From: Actinomycetes bacterium
GTDB lineage: Bacteria > Actinomycetota > Actinomycetes > Nanopelagicales > Nanopelagicaceae
DNA length: 64,000 nucleotides
Direction of reading: 5' to 3'
Assembly (NCBI GenBank): GCA_037622205.1
Contig: JASJJZ010000070.1
Coordinates: 119 to 64,118 of the forward strand
This document shows, piece after piece, positions 57,732 to 64,000 of this stretch (position 1 is its first letter; each line of letters starts with the position of its first letter). The position numbers and the translations under genes were made by a program. The notes below the pieces were generated by a model that saw only the letters and a program-made list of their open reading frames with translations, had not been told where the DNA came from and ran no database searches.

Positions 57732-59351
57732 GTGTCTAATAGGAATTCCCCCAATAACAATGTAGCTCCGAAAATCCTCACACATAAAGAAATTATGTTC
57801 GTTTTAAGTGGGCTCATGGTTGGAATGCTTCTCGCCGCTCTTGACCAAACAATTGTTTCAACAGCCCTAAAGCGCATTGTCGAAGATTTCGATGGTCTGG
57901 CTCACTACACCTGGGTTGTGACTGCATATCTTTTAACTTCAACTGCATCTACTCCGCTTTACGGAAAAATATCTGACCTTTACGGGCGTCGACCAGTTTT
58001 TCAATTCGCAATCATTACTTTTTTAATCGGTTCATTCGCTGCTGGCGCCGCAACAAGCATGACCCAACTCATTGCCTTCCGTGCGATTCAAGGAATTGGC
58101 GCTGGTGGCTTAATGTCACTTACCTTCGTAATTATTGGTGACATTATCTCTCCTCGGGAACGTGGAAAGTATCAAGGCTACTTCGGTGGCGTTTGGGGAC
58201 TTTCATCTGTTGCTGGTCCACTTCTAGGTGGTTATTTCTCAGATCATGCACAAATTCTTGGTGTAACGGGTTGGCGTTGGATTTTTTATATAAATCTTCC
58301 ATTTGGAATCGCAGCTTTAATTATCACATCAATCTCGCTGCATATTCCAAAAGTAAAACGTGAACACAGTATTGATTATCTCGGTGCCTTACTTCTGGTT
58401 TCCGGAGTTTCATCGCTGTTACTGGGGATTTCGGTTTATGGCCCGCAAGATGGTTGGAAAACTTCGAAAACTATTTTTACCCTGGCTGGCGCTTTAGTTC
58501 TGATTCTGCTATTTATTTTTCAAGAGAGCCGGGCTAAAGAGCCAATTTTGCCGCTCACACTCTTTAAAAATCACACATTCTCAGTTACCTCATTCATGGC
58601 ATTTATCATCGGTGCCGGAATGTTCGGCGCAATTGTTATGTTGCCGCTCTATCTGCAAGTTGTAAAAGGTGACTCAGCAACCTCAGCAGGGCTTAAATTG
58701 ATTCCCTTTATGATCGGAATTGTTTCAATGTCGATTACAAGTGGAAAGTTAATAACCAAACACGGTCACTACAAGCGCTATCCGATTATTGGACTTGCCC
58801 TGATGACCGTTGGAATCGCCATGCTTTCAACACTGACCGAGACCACGCCATTTTGGAAGTTATCTATCTATGCAATCTTAATCGGTGCTGGACTTGGATT
58901 CTCAATGCAGACCATAGTTATCGCACTTCAAAATTCAGTTGAGTTTAGAGATATGGGTATTGCAACAAGTGCAAATACCTTCTTTAGATCAATTGGCGCA
59001 ACTATCGGAGTCGCGTTATTTGGAACTGTTTATGCCAGTCGATTAGCGCATAATTTGCCAATTGAAATCGCAAAATTAAAAGCGAGCAATCCAGCAGCTT
59101 TAGTCGGCGCAACCCCTGAAAAATTTGCAGCCTTAAAAGAGAACACTGCAGTTCTCCAAACCTTCACCCCAGAGTTGCAAGCTGGAATTATTAACGCCTT
59201 TGTGAATTCGTTCCATGTTGTGTTCTTATCGGCGGTTCCAATAACAGTCATCGGATTCTTCGTTGCATTCATGCTTCGTGAAACTCCACTGCGCACCGGT
59301 GTTGGACACCAGGCGGCGAAAGAAGAAGCAGCGGGCGAGGCGCTTGCGTAA
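57732..59351 (+). CDS. MFS transporter, DHA2 (14-TM, EmrB/QacA-like)
   Basis: LDQTIVSTAL, GKISDLYGRR and about 14 hydrophobic segments. Confidence 0.85.
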   Translation: MSNRNSPNNNVAPKILTHKEIMFVLSGLMVGMLLAALDQTIVSTALKRIVEDFDGLAHYTWVVTAYLLTSTASTPLYGKISDLYGRRPVFQFAIITFLIGSFAAGAATSMTQLIAFRAIQGIGAGGLMSLTFVIIGDIISPRERGKYQGYFGGVWGLSSVAGPLLGGYFSDHAQILGVTGWRWIFYINLPFGIAALIITSISLHIPKVKREHSIDYLGALLLVSGVSSLLLGISVYGPQDGWKTSKTIFTLAGALVLILLFIFQESRAKEPILPLTLFKNHTFSVTSFMAFIIGAGMFGAIVMLPLYLQVVKGDSATSAGLKLIPFMIGIVSMSITSGKLITKHGHYKRYPIIGLALMTVGIAMLSTLTETTPFWKLSIYAILIGAGLGFSMQTIVIALQNSVEFRDMGIATSANTFFRSIGATIGVALFGTVYASRLAHNLPIEIAKLKASNPAALVGATPEKFAALKENTAVLQTFTPELQAGIINAFVNSFHVVFLSAVPITVIGFFVAFMLRETPLRTGVGHQAAKEEAAGEALA

Positions 59352-60552
59352 TAGGAACCGTAGCGCGCCACTACCGAGAGAAGTTTATGTTCTTTCATCA
59401 GTAGCATTTTTTGTAGCCCTTGGTTATGGAATGGTTATTCCAGCTATTCCACTTTTTGCTAAATCATTCCAAGTAAATAATGCGCAGATCGGCGCAATCA
59501 TCTCGGCTTTTGCTCTTGCTAGATTTGCTATGGGGCTTCCCGCCGGAAAACTAATTGATATTTTTGGGGAACGTCGCATCCAAACGACTGGACTTGTCCT
59601 CGTTGCGCTCTCTTCCTTTGCATCAGGATTAGCAACAACATATTGGCAATTGCTGATATTTCGCGCACTTGGTGGCATTGGTTCAGTTATGTTCTCAGTA
59701 TCAGCAAGTTCGCTTTTGATGCGTTCTGTTGACGACAGCATCAGAGGCCGTGCACAGTCAACATATAACGGTGGCTTTCTTATCGGCGCAATTGCTGGTC
59801 CAGCTTTTGGCGGACTCCTCTCAGTTATTTCGCTTCGGGTTCCATTCTTTGTTTATGCATTCACCTTAATTTGTGGCGCATTTGTTACATCTTTCTTCTT
59901 ATCTGAACGGCGACTAGGTAAGTCAATTAAAAATATTCAAGATCCAGAGGATCGAATTCTTCTAAAGGATGCGCTAAAGAGTTATCCATTCTTAGCGGCG
60001 ATGGCAATCTCGTTTCTTGCAAATTGGGTTCTCTTTGGGCTACGAAATTCCATTCTGCCGCTATTTGCTAAGGAACAACTTGGTGCTAACAACTCAACAA
60101 TTGGACTTGGCTTCACGGTTGCTGCAGTGATCCAGGGAATTGCGCTTATTTATGTTGGAAAAATTTCAGATTTTCGTGGTCGTAGATTTGCTTTGATGCT
60201 TGGCTCCTTTGCAGTTCTAACCGGCATTGCCACAGTAATTATCTCTTCACACTGGTGGTATTACTTTCTTGCTATGGCCTTCTTTGGCATCGGCGGCGCC
60301 TTTGAGAGCACATCAGCAGCAGCAGTTGTGGGTGATTTATTTGGTGGAAAAGGTGGTCGAGTTATTGCCTTATTCCAAATGGCCGGCGACTTGGGAAATA
60401 TCGTTAGCCCAGTCTTGCTTGGCTGGATGGTCGACGCACATTCTTATCGCCCGGCATTTATAGCAACAGCAGTAGTGTTTTCATTAACACTACTGCTGTC
60501 AGCAAAGATGCCGGAGACTAGAAAGTTAAATCAAATAACTAGTCAGGACTAA
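59344..60552 (+). CDS. MFS transporter (12-TM, DHA1-like)
   Basis: GKLIDIFGERR motif A and 12 hydrophobic segments. TTG at 59344 chosen as start; the track's 5' extension overlaps the previous gene by 89 nt. Confidence 0.75.
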   Translation: MRNRNRSAPLPREVYVLSSVAFFVALGYGMVIPAIPLFAKSFQVNNAQIGAIISAFALARFAMGLPAGKLIDIFGERRIQTTGLVLVALSSFASGLATTYWQLLIFRALGGIGSVMFSVSASSLLMRSVDDSIRGRAQSTYNGGFLIGAIAGPAFGGLLSVISLRVPFFVYAFTLICGAFVTSFFLSERRLGKSIKNIQDPEDRILLKDALKSYPFLAAMAISFLANWVLFGLRNSILPLFAKEQLGANNSTIGLGFTVAAVIQGIALIYVGKISDFRGRRFALMLGSFAVLTGIATVIISSHWWYYFLAMAFFGIGGAFESTSAAAVVGDLFGGKGGRVIALFQMAGDLGNIVSPVLLGWMVDAHSYRPAFIATAVVFSLTLLLSAKMPETRKLNQITSQD

Positions 60553-60568
60553 TTAGGACTAGTTACTT

Positions 60569-61357
60569 CTAGTCACGTCGAAGAATTGAGATTAAACGCA
60601 ACACTTCTAGGTAGAGCCAAATAACTGTAACCATCAGCGCAAAACCTGCACGCCATGATTGTTCTTGAGGGGCGCCACTAGCAATCATCTTTTCAATCTG
60701 ATCAAAATCCAGAACAAGGAAAAATGTTGCAAGTAAGACTCCACCGACTGCTAGCAGTGGTCCAAAACCAGATAGTCCGTAGAGACCCATTCCATTGCCG
60801 AGTCCGAAGAATGACCCGAATAAAGAACCGACTGCAAGAATCAAGTAACCAAAAAGCGCACCCATCATTACGCGGGTGAATTTTGGAGTAACACGAATTC
60901 GCCTGCTCTTGTATGCCCAAAGCACACCACCGATTGCGGCAATAGTTGCAACTAGCGCTTGTCCAACAATTCCATCGTATGCAGCTTCATACATTTGGCT
61001 AAGAGTTCCGAGTGCCAAACCTTGAAGCGCGGCGTAAGTGATAGTTAAACCAGGCTTAATTTTCCGGGAAAATGAAAGATATAGACCAAGTCCCATTGCG
61101 CCAAGGAAACCAATAAGAAGTACGCCGCCCCCAAGTTTTAAAGTCCAGGCAACGCTTCCGACGCCTACTAAAACTACAAATAGAAGTGCGGTGCGTGCAA
61201 CAACATCATCGATAGTCATTCGACCTGTGCGCATGGAAGATGCGGCAGGTGCGTTATAGAGATTATCTAATTCTTGAGTTGATGGTGCGACTGCGGTTCC
61301 GCCACGATTTTCGACTGCGGCATATCCGCGTTTGAAAACTGGGTTCGAACTTTGCAT
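60569..61357 (-). CDS. Bax inhibitor-1/YccA family membrane protein
   Basis: SNPVFKR N-terminus, seven TM and a C-terminal basic tail. Confidence 0.85.
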   Translation of the reverse strand: MQSSNPVFKRGYAAVENRGGTAVAPSTQELDNLYNAPAASSMRTGRMTIDDVVARTALLFVVLVGVGSVAWTLKLGGGVLLIGFLGAMGLGLYLSFSRKIKPGLTITYAALQGLALGTLSQMYEAAYDGIVGQALVATIAAIGGVLWAYKSRRIRVTPKFTRVMMGALFGYLILAVGSLFGSFFGLGNGMGLYGLSGFGPLLAVGGVLLATFFLVLDFDQIEKMIASGAPQEQSWRAGFALMVTVIWLYLEVLRLISILRRD

Positions 61358-61559
61358 TATTTCTCCTGTTAGCTAGTTGGGTAGCCCGGCCAAACCGGTT
61401 GCCATAAGGATAAACAGTTTTTCGCCCATTGCTATTCCAACTGCCTAAAACGTTGCGAAAATCTCCGCTTACAAACTTAAAAAACCCTTAGAAATCCTTA
61501 TAAACCCAAGAAGTATCCAAGTTCGGCTCGTAATTGCACCGATTAGTTCTAGTTAAACG

Positions 61560-62939
61560 TTAACGAGGAAAAGTTCGGTTATTGACCTGGACTCTAATCG
61601 GGGTCGCAGAAATTGCACTGGCGCTGCCGCTAGTCGGCTTAGCTGAAGCTGTGATCGTTAGCCCGCCCCGTTTTGATGGTCTCCAAGTGCACGTTGCTAT
61701 GTAGCTAGAAGCTGAGCCAATCGCTAATTTTTTTTTACAACCCGGTGCTACTACTCCGTTTACTTTGAATGTTACCTTGGAGGCGATGCTGACTTCCGCA
61801 TTAATACTTATTGAAGTTCTATAAATTGCAGTAGTAGCAGAACCAGTTAAAGAAAATGAATTAAATACCGCAGGAATATTAGTGGCTTGATATCTGATTA
61901 TTACAACACCAGATCCACCAGCACCACCGCCACTATCCTCTGGATCCACGCCACCACCGCCACCACCCAGATTCGCAGTTCCAGCTGTTGCATTTGCATA
62001 TTGCCCTCGAGTACCACTAGTAAATCCAAAGGAACTACCTCGGCCACCACCGCCACTTCCACCGGCGCCACCACCATTAATTTCTAGATCTGAATTTGTG
62101 CCGTTGCAGTAATAGGCCAAATTGGAAGTTCGTTGTCCGCAAAACTGATTGTTGTTGTCATTAATTCCGCCACCGCCACCACCGCCATCATTATTTAGCG
62201 TTCCAGTGACTGAACTACTAATGCCATTACCTCCAGCGCCGGCAATATGACTTATGTTTCCAGATTTTCCAACTTCACTTGCACCGCCGCCGCCACCCGC
62301 ACCACCGTATCCAGCAAAACTCGATGTGCCACCTTTAAAGCCTTGCCCATCAGTTCCAGCGCCAGGACAACTATTAACATCGGTACAGTCATACTTTCCG
62401 CCGCCGCCACTTGAACCACTTCCGGCTGGTTGATTTCCTTGGGAACCTGATCCACCGCCGAGCGTGGTGATTGTTGCAAAAGTTGAAGAGCCGCCATTAG
62501 TTGCATTAGTTCCAGAACCACTACCAGAACCGCCCGTTCCACCAGAACCAACAGTTACGTTGTAATTTGTTCCTGCAGTTACTGAATAACTTGTTCCTTG
62601 AAGAACACCACCTCCGCCGCCGCCGCCAGAACCACCTCCGCCGCCGCCACCCACAACAAGATAATCAACACTAGTCACGGAATTAGGAATTGTTAGAACA
62701 TAGGAAATAGCCTCTTTAAATTTCACTACACAATAATCAACACTTGAAACAGAGATTAAATTAACTTCCGCAGATGATCCGGTGGCGCCAGTTCCAGTTA
62801 TAACCGCCTGACAATTTCCTGAACTATCTGAATAAGTTAAAGCCGAAGCGCTAGGAACTGAAACATAAGTTGCGCTGATTGCAAGCATAAAGATCAGAGC
62901 ACGGCTAATTCTCCTCATCAGCGGCCACCCCGAATACAT
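61560..62939 (-). CDS. Secreted glycine-rich-domain protein with C-terminal Ig-like domain
   Basis: Signal peptide ..SVPSASA/LT. YLVVGGGGGGGSGGGGGGG ... multiple G-runs ... GGSGVVIIRY is characteristic of the widespread glycine-rich domain family. C-terminal beta-rich segment of about 110 aa. Start is 62939 or 62918. Confidence 0.75.
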   Translation of the reverse strand: MYSGWPLMRRISRALIFMLAISATYVSVPSASALTYSDSSGNCQAVITGTGATGSSAEVNLISVSSVDYCVVKFKEAISYVLTIPNSVTSVDYLVVGGGGGGGSGGGGGGGVLQGTSYSVTAGTNYNVTVGSGGTGGSGSGSGTNATNGGSSTFATITTLGGGSGSQGNQPAGSGSSGGGGKYDCTDVNSCPGAGTDGQGFKGGTSSFAGYGGAGGGGGASEVGKSGNISHIAGAGGNGISSSVTGTLNNDGGGGGGGINDNNNQFCGQRTSNLAYYCNGTNSDLEINGGGAGGSGGGGRGSSFGFTSGTRGQYANATAGTANLGGGGGGVDPEDSGGGAGGSGVVIIRYQATNIPAVFNSFSLTGSATTAIYRTSISINAEVSIASKVTFKVNGVVAPGCKKKLAIGSASSYIATCTWRPSKRGGLTITASAKPTSGSASAISATPIRVQVNNRTFPR

Positions 62940-63016
62940 GCATAAATTCTACTAAATCAATAATGTCATTGAAAAGTAGAGCTTCCGTAGATCACCGAAG
63001 CTGAAGGTATTACTTA

Positions 63017-63565
63017 TTATGGCGCTATATCTGCGCTCTCAATTGTAAATTTTACAACCCCTGCAGGTCTACTATCTTCATTTATTAACATGGTGAAACC
63101 CGTGGAAGTAGGGTTAATTAAAGTGACTGGCGCGCCTGCGCCGAATGTGAAGTAATTGCTAGTAGCCGAGACCGTGATAACAATTGAACCAAGGGACCCT
63201 TGTTCGGAGTCACCAAATGCGCCGAGAGTTAAAGTCTTATTCGCACAACCTTGCACTCTAGTGTCGATATCGCTGAAGAGAACTCTTGCTAACTTAAATG
63301 AACCACCCCCTTGCACATTCTCAAAGATAAATTCTGGGGTCAAAGTAATGCCATCACTATCGCAGGCAATAGTTCTTGTAACTCCTTGGCCAAACTCACC
63401 CACTGATCCTGAATTAAGTGAAATGTTTGAAGCTAGTGTTCCTTGAATATAGAAAGCACCAACAACTATTGCGGTGATTAGTGCTGAAACTCTGAAGATG
63501 CTCCACTTGGATTTAGGCGCTTCTGAATTGAGTGGATCATCGTGATAGTAGTCATTGTCAGACAC
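63017..63565 (-). CDS. Membrane-anchored or secreted hypothetical protein
   Basis: Acidic N-terminal tail, TM/signal segment WSIFRVSALITAIVVGAFYIQGTLA, then a beta-rich domain with two Cys. Confidence 0.55.
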   Translation of the reverse strand: MSDNDYYHDDPLNSEAPKSKWSIFRVSALITAIVVGAFYIQGTLASNISLNSGSVGEFGQGVTRTIACDSDGITLTPEFIFENVQGGGSFKLARVLFSDIDTRVQGCANKTLTLGAFGDSEQGSLGSIVITVSATSNYFTFGAGAPVTLINPTSTGFTMLINEDSRPAGVVKFTIESADIAP

Positions 63566-64000
63566 TGACTACCACCTCCAAAACCTGTCAGCACAGACAA
63601 GATCGAATGTGATAAAAACAGTGTAGGACGCTTTGTGTAGATTAAGTACCTAAAGCGAAAAATTTAAAATTAGCCAACGTAACGACCTTGGTCAGAACAA
63701 GGCTTTGAACGTAGGAGGAGAATTACCTAAACCTGATTGGCGCTTATATCGGTGGCGAAGGAATCTTAAGTGCTTTGCTAAATTTAGAAGGCACGAATGG
63801 GGCGGACATATACGCCGCTACTATTCTTGTCGTGCGCTCCTTGATAACTGCGATAACCTGATTCGAATCGATAATAATTTGCGTATTGACCATTAGATTC
63901 TTATTGATTTTCTTCTTGCTAGCCAGCCCAAGACCGAATTGGAAACACTGGATAGTTCTGTCCTTTTCCATCTTGCGCATTGGTGTAACTATCCAGACCG

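Noticed and set aside
59263-59343. 5' extension of the second MFS gene
   Set aside because: It overlaps the last 89 nt of the first MFS gene and encodes an Arg/Lys-rich stretch. TM1 begins after the TTG at 59344.
63744-63980. 78-aa minus-strand ORF near the right edge, and the overlapping 63-aa plus-strand ORF
   Set aside because: Both lie in AT-rich DNA and have no motifs, no clear SD and mutually exclusive frames. There is insufficient support for either.

Overview
This 64-kb window is densely packed, mostly housekeeping chromosome. By gene content it comes from an actinobacterium: fused Kgd-type 2-oxoglutarate dehydrogenase, Ni-SOD with SodX, SigH-RsrA, a WhiB7-type regulator, AdnAB, UPF0182 and an SRAP peptidase. 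It looks AT-rich for the phylum, with very short spacers and many TAATG/ATGA start-stop overlaps, which suggests a streamlined genome. GC content was not computed.

From memory, gene order resembles two Mycobacterium tuberculosis blocks. One is Rv3193c-Rv3202c (UPF0182, Lon-like protease, zincin-like protein, whiB7, uvrD2, nudC, adnB, adnA). The other is the Rv1080c-Rv1112 neighbourhood (greA, uppS-like, phoH2, xseAB, ispH, ychF).

RNA genes are the 5' end of tmRNA at the left edge and one initiator tRNA-fMet. I saw no CRISPR array, transposase, integrase, prophage or recognisable defence system.

The less ordinary parts are:
- **Tad/Flp pilus locus (5.1-10.4 kb):** its upstream slot holds a small protein with a degenerate GGDEF-like tail.
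- **DUF45 / zinc-ribbon / E1-like trio (28.6-31.0 kb):** a DUF45/M48-like peptidase, an unlisted 52-aa zinc-ribbon ORF, and an orphan protein resembling a RiPP leader-binding (RRE) plus E1/ThiF-like scaffold, with no YcaO partner in the window.
- **whiB7 leader (31.5-31.9 kb):** an apparently complete attenuator with an AT-rich site, promoter, possibly leaderless uORF and intrinsic terminator.
- **P-type-ATPase-like relic ORF:** it runs into the tRNA-fMet gene.
- **Zincin-family protein:** it contains no HExxH motif.
- **Right-edge surface proteins:** a glycine-rich secreted protein and a secreted neighbour.

All family assignments are by-eye motif recognition. No searches or folding calculations were run.
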